Assembly: GCA_035084275.1 (NCBI GenBank)
Contig: CM068751.1
Coordinates: 7,440,001 to 7,504,000 of the forward strand
From: Hydrolagus colliei
Lineage: Eukaryota
Reading direction: 5' to 3'
DNA length: 64,000 nt
Part shown: positions 52,498 through 64,000 of the stretch, in pieces
How positions within the stretch are numbered: the stretch's first letter is position 1
Layout of the letters: every line of letters begins with the position of its first letter
Made by a program: the position numbers and the translations under genes
Notes under the pieces: model-generated
Told to the model about the DNA's origin: nothing
Database searches by the model: none
What the model saw: only the letters and a program-made list of their open reading frames with translations

Positions 52498-55241
52498 TGT
52501 TCATATTTTGATTGACATGAAAAGAAACTTCAAACTGTTCAGAGACTTCACACCCAATTAGACACATGCACAAACACTAGCACTCATGAAAGCGTGTGTG
52601 TATTTATACCTATACAGATTTTTCTAAAAGAAATCTCATATATTTGATATTATGGTTTTTTCTATACAGAGAAAAATATGGAGAAAGCCTCTTACTTTGT
52701 TAAAAGAAAATCCACTGCAAGTAACACCACAGTCTCATTGCTTTGACATTTCATGAGCCGCCAAAAATTATTTCTGACATTGGTGTTGGCTGGCCAGTAA
52801 CACAGTGTAATTGGCAACAGTCTTGTTGTTTGGCAGTTTCAGATACATTTTACTACAGAATTTGGCACTAAATGTGTTGAGAGAGTTGTCACAATCGCAT
52901 CTCTCTGGAAGAACAGAAAGGAAATAAAGCTGGCCTTTAATCCAGACGGGAAAAAAAAAGGTTTAGGCGACTTTGTGCAAATGGGGGAAAAATCAGATTG
53001 CTGCAGGTGCTGAATGTTTTTTTTTCTTTTCGCGCGCTCTATTGTGCCACATTGTTGTGGGGCTGTTGCTCGGCCGAAATAATCCCTACGTAATGATGAG
53101 ATCCCACAACATCTGGTGAATCCAGCGTTCTTCCTCACAAGCAACTGTCAAAATTTGTTAAAAGATAAATGCGCTCGGGCACGTAAGGCTGCGCAATTAT
53201 AAAGATCGAATTAGCAGGCGCAGAAATAGCACTGATGCTTGGTTCTATGGGCCAACGGGCACAGTCTTTGCTTAATAAAATACATAAAGCAAAGATACCC
53301 TGCCTATTGACACACTGCGGGCGATGCTGACATCTGGGACATCGAGTCGCATCAGCGCTGTTGTTTTTCGCCATTCCTGTCACAGTCCTGATTGATTACA
53401 TTCAGTCCTACACTATTATATTATATCTTTGAGAAACTCGCTTCTTCTCCCACCTTTTTGTTTCGCCTGCGCCTGTGTTGCAGATGGCATCAACCCACAC
53501 ATCTGCATTGTTTGTATCCCACATAGCATGCCACTGCGTTGTCTGTCTGTCTGTCTGTCTGTCAGTCTCTACGCTCCCAATAGTGTCATTGGGATTCCTA
53601 AAGTACTTAAAAATGTTCCTCCTCTCTTAGGATAGGAGTGCGGCTAGTTTTAAAGCGTATCTTAAATTGACATCATAACATGTTTGGTTTGGATGATTTT
53701 CAATTGATTCCTCTGTAGATCACCATTCCTCTCCCCTAAACTCCCTGTTTCCAAGTTTTACTCACCTCAAGCCTTTCAGTTTGTGGAGAACATAGTGTCT
53801 CTGCAGGAGGCAAGGCAATTGGTAATCAGGAGTTGATAGACTGAATTGTTCCAAGCGGGGGAAAAAAAACCACTGAAATAAATATCTTTCTAACAATCTT
53901 TGCTGCAAATGTGTTTTGAGTGTAAGTCCGTAATGTCAACTTTATATTTTAACAATACAGGACATTTATATTGGGCAGAATCACATTTAAAATACATTCT
54001 GAAAATACATCTGCAGAATAAAACCAACATGTTTACCCATGCAACCAATAATCATTTAGAAATATAGAAGGGAATTTGTACTTTGCCCAGTGAAATACAA
54101 GACATGCTGAGAATTCACACTATTTGGGTTGCATTATCAGGAAAATACCTTCACACTATAAATGAGACATGTCATTTCGTCACTCGAGAGAACAAGCCGT
54201 GTGATAAGATTGGTGGAATAAAACACTGTTTTGTTCAATAAAGGGATCCGTACCATTTAGTTTTTGAACAGCAGAAGGATAAGGATTTTAAAGACAGATG
54301 AATTGAAATATATGATGTGCTACTGCTCCATCCACTCCGTGGAGATTGAACAGAATGTATTAACAAAATGATGAGCCAGAGTCAATACGTAGTGGTTTAG
54401 GAAATGTCACTATTCTTCATCTATTTAATTGAACTGGAATTGAAAGACAACAGTCTTCAGAGACAGACCAAAAATTATGTGTGTCTGCCCTTGATTCCAT
54501 TTGCTATTGATTTGTTCAGGTTGTGATTTGAATGTGCAATATTGGAGTACTTTTGCAGTCCTGTAAATACCGTTACTGTATCTCCTTTCCATTCCCCCCT
54601 CCACAAAAAAAAATCTTCGAGCAGCCAAGTGTGCAACCCAAAATAATTTATGTTCCAATCGTTAATGTTTCTACCAATCTAATGGATTGATTGTCCCTTT
54701 GGAGCAAGGAGAGAGCTGCTGTTTGCCTTAGCCTAAGTAACGCTTGTTCTCTCAAGTTGGTGTTAATTCTGAGCTCAAAGCACGAGCAGACTTTGAATTC
54801 TTCCTCCCTTATGCGCTTTATAAACTGCCATTGCAAGTTCTGTGTTGCATTGAATCAATGCTGCAACGTAAAGTGAATTTTACTGCAGGGGATTTGGAAT
54901 GATCGCTTTCAAATGTTTCAATTGAAAGGTTTGGCCCGCTCCCTGATGTTATGCAAGAGTTGGCCCCACTCCCGGGCAGAAAACGGGGAGAAGACCTAGA
55001 ACGAAAAAATACCGTAAGTGAAAGCAATAACTTTGAATAAAACGTTCTGGGGGTGCCAGGTGACACAGGAGGTGGGATTCTTGATCTGATCGTCTCAAAT
55101 TACCCTTTTTACATGATGCAAAATAATGTAGAACATGTAAGGTCAAGGAAAAACTAAATTCAAAGCAGAACATTACTTCCCCTTCCCCCCCCTCCACCAC
55201 CCACCCCAAGTGTTTTTTTCATTTCTACTGCCTTGCTCAGT

Positions 55242-55555
55242 GGAGTCCTGTAGCTCAGTGGTTAGAGCACTCGCCTTACAAGCGAGAGACCTGTGTTCAA
55301 TTCTAGGCAGGGTGAAACCCTGGGCAAGTTTCCTTGCTCCACGTGCCTAATAATATTCCCTCCAAAAAAACCAATAATAAATTGGGCATTTCAATCCACG
55401 ACTGTTTGTGGGACGCTGCTGTGTGCAATTGGCTGTCACATTTCACCCACAAATATACAGTCAATTCACTTTACAGAATATTCTGTGAAGCACTTTGAGA
55501 CTTTGACAAAATGAAGTGAAAAGTGCTATATCAAATGCAAGGATTATTATTATTA
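55242..55555 (+). mobile_element. Full-length tRNA-derived SINE (same family)
   Basis: GGAGTCCTGTAGCTCAGTGGTTAGAGCACTCGCCTTACAAGCGAG head through to CAAATGCAAGG(ATT)n tail. Confidence 0.92.
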
Positions 55556-55964
55556 CTCTTTGGATGAGGGAGAAATGGAAGAGGATTTGTCCATATCTCT
55601 GGTTTATCTGTCCCTTTGGTTTTCTCTTTCCTGGGAGGAAATGGTTAACCTCTGCTTGATTGCTTCCTACCACAATTGGCTGTAATTGTGAGTTTGTATC
55701 TTATGCCTCTGCACCACAAGAGAGATCACTGCATTACATGATGTTATGGCACAAAGCAAAACAGGCGTTTCAATTGATATTCTTGATTAGAATCTATAAC
55801 CTACCCAGACACAAAGAACTCAAGACTTACGATGAGCTAAATAACCAAAAGCTATCACAAGAAATTTCCACCTATCAACTTTTGTGTGGGAAAGGACAAG
55901 GTGAGAGTGAGAGAGAGAGAGAGAAGGAAGAACTAAAGTAGGATTCCCATATTTTTGGTGGGTC

Positions 55965-56112
55965 AGGATATTAAGGGTTATGGGGAGAAAGCGGAAAATT
56001 GGAATTGAAAGGATTAGTTGAAGCTACAGATCAGCCATGATCTAATTAAACGGTGAAACAGGCTCGAAGGGCTGAATGGCCTACTCCATTCCTAAATCCT
56101 ATTCTTGTTCCT
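55965..56112 (+). mobile_element. CR1 LINE 3'-end fragment
   Basis: AGCCATGATCTAATTAAACGGTGAAACAGGCTCGAAGGGCTGAATGGCCTACTCC aligns by eye to the tail of the 20326-21462 element. Confidence 0.8.
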
Positions 56113-56385
56113 TGATCCAGTGATCGCTATAGAAAAGTGACTGTGTGTGTGTGTATGTGTGTGAGACATCCTCCAGACGTGAAAGGCACTATACAAATGT
56201 AATTGTGTTGTTGTGTGTGTGTGAGAGACAGAGCAAATTCAAGCTGAAATGTGCAGTCGAATAACTGCTGACACTCACCGAGTTGGAAGAGTATTCATTT
56301 CAAATTGGTAGAAGATGAAGAATAGCCTTCATATGAGGTACCACAGAGAAGCCGATACCAATAGTACTGTACCACAGCAGACCAT
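56112..56385 (+). mobile_element. Older SINE-like family fragment interrupted by an L2-like tail
   Basis: ATCCAGTGA...GTCGAATAACTGCTGACACTCAC...ATGAAGAATAGCC...GAGGTACC...ACTGTACCACAGCA. Confidence 0.5.
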
Positions 56386-59300
56386 AACGAAAATGAAAAT
56401 TAAAAAAAACCAGGAGAACTCATCAATTGTTTTCTTCGGATTCAGACACCTGACAGTGACATGCTAAGCATGCACCACAGTGCATACATCTGCTTTGCTT
56501 ATTTGCCTACTATTAATTTTGCTTCCTTCAGTTGTCAAAGTTGTATTTCAGCACATGATATTAAAAGCAGACCCATGCACCCATGAAAGCAAATGGCATT
56601 CACAAAAAAGAGTTATATCCCACATCACATAACATAACTGCTGCCAAAAAAAGCACACTGTAGTGTATTGCAAACTAATTTGAATACACTATATTTGGAA
56701 AAGCTTCTTGTACCAGTGAAAGTAATCAGGATGACTTCAGGTCGAATGTTTACCTACTGGGCAATCTTACACCCAATTTTACATCAATGGTACGAACACA
56801 GTATTATTCATAACCTGAATGCTACTGTAGATACTAAGCAGATATTTGCATCCAGACTCAAATATCATTCAAAAATCAAGCTTCGGGGACCCACCATGTC
56901 CTACTCACACACTAAGAACAGCAATTAAAAAATTATTCAAATGCTCTTTTTCCTCCCCTTCTGCCTACTAGATTGCTTTCTTTTTTTAAAGCAATTGGAG
57001 GGTTTAAAAATATGTCATTATGACAGTTTCCTAATGAAATCTCGAAGGCTTCAAAGAACAAAAGCAATTCAGAAATGAATATTTGTTTTCCAGCTTTGTA
57101 AGTAATGTGATTAAAATGTTGAAGGCATAGCAAGACGTCCCTGTGCTCCCTGACAGCTGTCAGAGCTATTGAACAGCCTCGTACAGCTGAGGAAAGCTTT
57201 ATTAGTAAACTGTTCTGTTGTGTCATGGAGGCAATTTCTCCATTTCACAGAAGCACATCTGTTGCCATATTTGCGACCGTTTTTCCTTCAATACTGACAA
57301 TGGCAAAGATTTTATGGCAACACAAAGGCAATTTTTTCTATAAACAAGAACATCTGGTCCATGTTTTTTTTGCTATTAAATAGTTGCTTTTGTTACAGTG
57401 CAAATGAAGTAGAAAATACATTATTCAATGAACGACTGCAACAAAGAGTGCATAGGATGTTTCCCTGTAGTATTGCGGCCATCATACCACTCATTTCACA
57501 TGCAGGTTGGCAACTGAACGCAATTTGTGATTTTTTTTTGCAACTAAACCTGATTTATAATGTAGTTTTTATTTACTTATGAGATGTTCCTCTGCAGGCT
57601 TTGAGTGAAGGATGGACCTTTATATTTGACAGTCAAGAGGTGATACCTGCCAGGCTTAATTCTTTTTCTGTGGATATTTGGTTCCAAAAAGACAAGTTCA
57701 ATTGTGAGTGATACAGATAAATGAATGTTGCGATAATTGAATCAACACTCTATATATTTTAGTTGCACAAGATGAACACAAAGGCAATATTTGAGATCTA
57801 CAAAATGCAAAGGATAGCGAAAATATGTAGAAAGAGAATGACAGATCTACAAGTGCCATACAACAGCACAGTAAAATGTTGACTTTGAGATTATTTTTTA
57901 TTATTGCTATAGTTTGTGTCTCTGGTTTGCTGGGTGCAATTTTTAGCACCATTATTTAATACCTTTGGATATAGAAATGTGGTTACATTTAAAACAAACA
58001 AAACTGCTCATCACAAAACCAATCCTCACCCAGAACCTGCTTCTTCAGCACCTTGGGACGTCCTCCTGATGAGAAAGACGCTGTACAAATGTAATTTTGT
58101 TCTTGTTGTTGTTCTGCCTTGCTCTACGACACACTTACACATGACCAAAGCAACAGGCAGCTTTATCAACAGTGTTCCAGGAGTTTTTCCTTCCATCATA
58201 CATAGCTCCCTCCATACAAAACATCACCCTCCCCTCCATCACACAGACGTCCCTCTGTAGTATAAGAACCTTAGCCTTCAAAAAAATGAAAATCAAATGT
58301 AATATTAATATTATAACCAGCAAAAAAAGAACATAGTTACAAAATGTATCTTGTAAGTTGGCCCTGACTGAATGTAAATGGCCAGGCTAGTCAGCTCTTT
58401 GAATGCATATTTGTGTTTGGCTATGTATCCTCTACTTATAGTGAGCACAATACATTTTTAGTTTTGTTAGAGGTGTAAATAATGCATTACATTTTCTAAG
58501 AAATGTTGATCTCGTACAAACAATCTGAACTGATTAATTTGAACGCACCATATATTACTCTTTACACAATGAGTCGTCTCCAAACCTATTCTGCTAAATT
58601 GAGAGGAAATATTTTCCTGCAAATTGAAGCCGACATTAAGATTGGTGTGAACGTCAGCAGAGGAATAATCTGTCAGATTAGGCGCAATGGCAGCTACTCT
58701 CATCCTTGTCTGTAAATTTACCAACCTCTCGAAGGGCATTTGTAAGTGGAAATCACATTCTAAAAGTATAGATCGTCAAATTCAATGGGACAAAAAGAAG
58801 GCATAACCCGTATGACTAATATCAATAAGATACCGGTTGGAATGAAAATAAGTGGTGAATGAAATGCTATGTGTTCAGGACCAGGAAGCTGGAAAATAAG
58901 TAATTAAGGAAGAAATCAGCATGAAAAGCCTGCACAGAAATCAATAGCTGTAATTGAGCAGCAATTTCTCAAGTGAAGTGTGTGGGCTGGGGTGATGTGC
59001 TTAGCAAGCAGCAAATGATAGGGTTTCAATCCTGCAGCAGTCTTTGTACATCTGTATCGGTCACAAATCTGGTCAGTTACTAAAAGGACACAAAGATGTT
59101 ATGTTTAAAAAAAACAGCATGCAAATGCGAGTATGCTTCTGTGTAACAAGATAGAAGCTTCTAGTTGCTGTGCAATAATAGTGATCGTTGCAAGGAAATA
59201 AACAAGTACACGCCGTAAACTCCGTTGCATAAAAGCGTGAGGTCATAAAATTCACACCAAGTCTGGTAAAATCATAGTAACTTGCTTCGATACAGAGCTT

Positions 59301-59904
59301 GTATTGCTGCACCAGGTGTGCAGTTCACGGAAACTTTTGCGACGAGTGTGAACCGGTACACTAGATTATCCGGCGGATATAATTTGGTCAGCAGCGTTCT
59401 TTCACGACAACAACTTCAACAACAACAACACCTTCGATTTATATAGCGCGCTCAGAGCACTTATTTTACCTCTTCCGAGAGAGATGATTCGGAGTGTATT
59501 GCCTGCGCAGAATTTTGTGATTCACCATGTTGCTACACTGCAGCTGACGGTTCAGCATTGCTATGCTATCCGTAGTGAACATCTGAAGCAAAACCTCTGA
59601 GAAGGCGAACGGTAACGTTACAACTTCATTTCGAACGTGTTTCTCTTTCAACACGGCTGCGTGTGCCACATGCTAAACAGATAAGGGATCGGAGGACCAG
59701 ACACGTGGGGTTTAAAGCACAATTTCCCAGTTATGTTTTGTATTGGAGAGGATATCTACTTGCAGTCACTTACCTTAAATACATTTTTACTATCTTTACC
59801 CTTTCTCTCCTCCCCACCCCCATCCCCTTCATCACCTCTACAACCAAAGGTGCTGATTTGCTCAGGTGCAACACATAGGCATTTGCCAGCAGTGTCTCTG
59901 GTAT

Positions 59905-60075
59905 TAATATTAATCCTTGCCTGTGATGCAGTGTCTTATCCTGTCTTTGAGATGTCTCACAGCGCTTCACACAATCAACTGTAAAGTGAATTGACTGTAT
60001 ATTTTGTGGGCCAATTGTCCAAGGCAGTGTCCCACAAACAATCGTGGATTGGGTGACCAATTTATTATTATTATT
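59905..60075 (-). mobile_element. SINE 3' fragment
   Basis: TAATCCTTGC...GCGCTTCACA...CTGTAAAGTGAATTGACTGTATATTT...GTGTCCCACAAACAATCGTGGATTG. Confidence 0.8.
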
Positions 60076-60119
60076 TTTTTGAAGGATGTCAAACCTTGCA
60101 TACTTCTCAGCAGAAATCA

Positions 60120-60240
60120 AAGGATAAGAGCCAGGATTGGAAAACTTGCCTGATTTGTCCCCCTTCCTAAATGAGGAGTTCTGAAAACAACCATTGTTTC
60201 TCTCTGATGCCTCAGCCGAGCTCAGTTAACTCAGCACAAA
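60120..60240 (-). mobile_element. Older SINE-like family, degenerate fragment
   Basis: CTCAGCCGAGCTCAGTTAACTCAGCAC resembles CAGCTGAGATCAGCTCATTCAG in the 9921 copy. Confidence 0.35.
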
Positions 60241-60869
60241 TGTAAATTGCACTTCAACTTCTGCTCCCTTGGTTTAATTCTGCACCAGCTGGGATCTGTG
60301 GCTTCTAGACCAGCGAAGGAGAAACTTTAAGAACTTTGTCAACCATGTTAGACTTACAACAGCAACAAATAACAGATTGCAATTATACACCACCTTTCGT
60401 GTCGGGAGAATGTTCCAAGGTGCTGGGGAGGGAAGGGTTTGAATCTGAGCGGGCGGTAGATATCAAGAGGGGTGGAGGACAAGGGAAATGGGGGTGTGAG
60501 GCATGATCAAAGAGGAAGACCGGGTCTTCTTTAAGTGTTAGGTTCAGACGTTACCAATCCACTAGTTTAGAAGAGGGGAATGGCGTGTTTTAATGTATAT
60601 TTGTCTGTTTTTTCCAGAAGTTATATTGCAGACACAGGGACATCACTCATTTACCTCCAGTAATCAAACACTATGCAGAAAACTCAACCTTTTAAATCAA
60701 CTGTCTGCCCTCTTTCAAACTGATGTCCTTGTCAGTTTGCAAAAACATTAGCGTTCGGCTAACCAGACAGCTTTCATGACTTGGGTGGATGGTGCATCTG
60801 TCAAAATTGACTGGTTGACTGATTTTACATTTTCATGTATTGAATAAAAGTCTGATACATTTTAAGACC

Positions 60870-60912
60870 AGGTAATGTTGATTTAATAGGTAATGTTGCA
60901 CTAATAGGTAAC
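60870..60912. repeat. 18-bp tandem repeat, about 2.4 units
   Basis: AGGTAATGTTGATTTAAT / AGGTAATGTTGCACTAAT / AGGTAAC. Confidence 0.75.
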
Positions 60913-61499
60913 ACTTAATTGTGAATTATTTAAAATGTTCTTGCTAGGACTAGATTTCATTTTTGGACACAATATAGCAGCATTGTTTGGTTTGTCGATG
61001 CATTGGACATGGATATATCTAATACCAAGATATCCAATAAATCCTCGGAGCATTAATAGTTTCATCTATTGATTATCTTTCTGAATCCAGTATCAAAGTG
61101 AATAAATGTGGCAGATTCTATCAGTACAGTCTGGAAATGCTTATTCAGCACTATAAAGTATTGGCACCAATGTATCTGAGTAAATGCTGTAGTTTGTTCA
61201 GAGCTGTTATACTTGGATCGGGATCTCTACAAACTGTTTAGAATGTTTATTTTTGAATACTGAAAATGTCCTCTCGGGGAAGGAGCTAAGTGCAAATGAG
61301 ATGATTCCAATGAAATGCGATGACAGGCAGATCTGGAGCAATGCAGAGTGTTATTCATAGTTGACTATTCTTGTATGGCTTATCATTGACAACCTTTCAG
61401 GATGTCTGAGCTGGATATGTACCGTGTTGACCTGTTACGAATCTCATCACATCTTACCCTAGGCTTAGAGTTGTAAAGGGCAATTTCAAGACAATTATT

Positions 61500-61670
61500 A
61501 AGCAGTTTTTCTCTATTCAGTGGTCAACTAACAACTGGAACAGATTGCCAGGGAAGCTGGCTGAGGCCAGGACACTGGTATCATTTGAAAAGCAGCTTGA
61601 CTGTAGGATGGGTATTCTGGAGAGATGCGATCAGCCTTCTTCATCCAAACCAATTTTGTGATTGTGATTT
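61500..61670 (+). mobile_element. Degenerate CR1-like ORF2 end and 3' UTR
   Basis: TGGAACAGATTGCCAGGGAAG (WNRLP-like) followed by GCCTTCTTCATCC and a TTGTGA repeat tail. Confidence 0.45.
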
Positions 61671-61684
61671 AGGAAGAACCCAAA

Positions 61685-62018
61685 GGAGTCCTTTGGTTAG
61701 CTCAGTGGTTAGAGCACTCGCCTTACAAGCGTGAAACCTGTGTTCGAATCCAGGCAGGTGAGGGCGAAACCTTGGGCAAGTTTCTTTACTCCACACACAC
61801 GTCTGATAATAATCCCTCCAAAGAAAAACACAATACTAAAATTGGTCATTTCAATCCATGACTGTTTGTGGGACACTGCTGTGCGCAATTGGCTGCCGCC
61901 CTTTGCCCAAAAACGTATAGTCAATTCAGTTTACAGTATATTCTATGAAGCGCTTTGAGACATCTAAAAGACGTGAAAAGCGCTATATCAACTGCAAGGA
62001 GTATTATTATTATTATTA
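61685..62018 (+). mobile_element. Full-length tRNA-derived SINE (same family)
   Basis: Box A, box B (GTTCGAATCC), conserved body and (ATT)n tail. Possible short TSD AAAGG on both sides. Confidence 0.92.
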
Positions 62019-62207
62019 AAGGCAAGTTGGCTGCCCACACCTCTTGAAAGCAGAGTGTGTTTAATCTGGGGAAATCATAAGAGAACAGGAAGTGGGAACA
62101 AGAAAAAATAAAGCACGCTGGGACGCTACCATGAGTGAGGGCTGCTATATACAGTAAATGCAAGTTGTTCTTTTTGAAAGGAGTACAATAGCAGCGTAGC
62201 TCTATAA

Positions 62208-62315
62208 ATAATAGTAATAATCCTTGCATTTGATATAGCGCTTTTCACATTTTATCGAAGTCTCAAAGCGCTTCACAGAATATACTGTAAACTGAATTGA
62301 CTATGTTTGCGGGTG
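62208..62315 (-). mobile_element. SINE tail fragment, inverted relative to the 61685 copy
   Basis: AATAATCCTTGCATTTGATATAGCGCTTTTCAC...AAAGCGCTTCACAGAATATACTGTAAACTGAATTGACTAT. Confidence 0.85.
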
Positions 62316-64000
62316 AATCAAATGAGCACTGTCTCATTTGTAAGAGCTGAAACACAATGATTCTGTTCCTACGAAAAAGATGTGTCAAATGCACTAGAAT
62401 TGTACATGATCTGGGCATGGGAAATGATTTTAGATGGAATGAGGTATTTGGATCAGATTATGTTTTGATCAGATAATTGTGCATCTGGAGACAGCTCTAT
62501 TTACAATATGACTTCACTTGCCAAACTCAAGTATTTAATGGGGCCATGTCATTATTACTCTCAGCTTTGTTTATATACTTGTTTATGTAACATTTTGACA
62601 TCAATACATTTACAGCGCTGCCAGTCTGGTAGTCTGCCGGGGTTTTATTTTACGTAATTATGATTTTTTTTTGACCATTTCAAAAGTGCAGCCCTTTAAA
62701 GTGAAAGCAGCCGGAATGTAGGAAAGTGTAAAATGTTGTACATAAAAGGATTAGTTTTATCAGATCAGTTGCATTTTCCAGATCCTGACCACCAAATCTC
62801 AGCTTCTCTGAACATGGAGACTGAAAGCAAAAAGGCTGTGAGCAGTCTGAGACTACGTCTCTCCCATCAGGAAATTTACTCAGATGCATCCATGCTGTTA
62901 AGGCAGACTTTGACTCCTCTCTCCACCTCCCACAAGACCATCAGGAATCTGAGAGTCAGACTCTCCCACACGAGAGGAACTCAAATGCATACCCACTCCC
63001 CCCCCCCCCCCCCCCCACCACCCTCCAACTAGAACAAGATCAGGCAGAGATTGCTTTCTCCCCCTTTTTATCTCCAGGGAACAATAACAGAAAAGAAATC
63101 AAAAAAACAACTTGATTCACAACCTTCCCTAGTGCCAGCTATTGTTTGTCATCAGTGAGTTGAGAGGGGAGCTTTATGATGTGAGATAGAGTATAGCAGC
63201 AAAAGGTGGGTAGTGATTAGAACCAGGAAATTATACTTATGGTGCACCATATTTTAGAGGGAACAGACACCTAAACAATAAAAAAAAGTATTAAAACTAT
63301 GCAGTCTGAATTTACCCCCCAAAATTGTGAGTTTGGGGAATATCTGAATTGTGTTCCAGTCTGCAATATTTATTTTACTTAAAGTGATTTGACCTTGGAA
63401 TTTGGCTACCTACTCAAAATACCAACATTTATTGCTTTTACATATCAAATGAAGTGACCCTGTTAAATGTGACATGTTTACTGATTCAAAAACCATGTGG
63501 ATAGTTAAACATCAGGTTGAGCAGAAAGTAGTGGGTTTAGCCAGCGAGTAGCTAAATCATCCGGACGAGAGGTCCTGTCTGCAATGTCTGATGCCTTGAG
63601 TTACTTTGGTGTGCAATGTACAACAACTGTATGTAGATTTGTTCAATAGTCAACAGGGAGGGATATGCATGTATGTCCTGCTCTCCAGGCCTCTCTGTTT
63701 TGTTCACTGAAAGCACAACACAAGCTCATCAATCCAGATTCAGTGGTTTGGCCTCCCACTGCTTGTGTGTGGATTAATCTTTAATCTCAGACCCACACCT
63801 TAGGCAGTGGGGGTGGGGGTTAGACATTTGCTGAGTTCGGACACTATTGAAATCTTGTTTGCACAAGGTCCATTGACAGAGGATGAATGTGATCGATCCA
63901 TATTACCTCTCAATCATTGGTTTGTTTGGAGACTGTTTACAATGTTGTGGTACAAGAAAATCCATCAAGAGTCTAGGTTTAGTGTGGAGACACACACGTC

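Noticed and set aside
55243-55315. Apparent tRNA-Val(TAC) gene
   Set aside because: It continues directly into a repeated SINE body, the T-arm and acceptor stem are imperfect, and the anticodon varies between copies.

Overview
Vertebrate (eukaryotic) genomic DNA, not prokaryotic. The repeat content suggests a cartilaginous fish, possibly a chimaera; this is an inference from repeat families. The window holds the 5' half of an EphA4-type ephrin receptor tyrosine kinase gene on the minus strand. Five coding exons were assembled by hand with canonical GT-AG junctions and consistent phases: 42492-42588, 39649-39716, 35366-36029, 12670-12825 and 8526-8861. They give 1321 nt encoding signal peptide, ligand-binding domain, Cys-rich/EGF-like region and FN3-1; exon 6 onward appears to lie left of the window. 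About 21 kb of upstream sequence follows. The rest is intron or intergenic sequence with: a young tRNA-derived SINE with an L2-type tail (about 14 copies or fragments); a 5'-truncated CR1 LINE and several CR1 and L2 tails; an older SINE family; a Deu-domain-like SINE; Penelope-like pLTR fragments with hammerhead-ribozyme-like cores; many microsatellites and poly-C tracts around exon 1; and a 150-N assembly gap. Most listed ORFs are chance ORFs. I found no new multi-gene system. The best leads are the hammerhead-like repeats, a strongly GC/CpG-shifted SINE copy 2.5 kb upstream of the start codon, and several motif-dense candidate enhancers.
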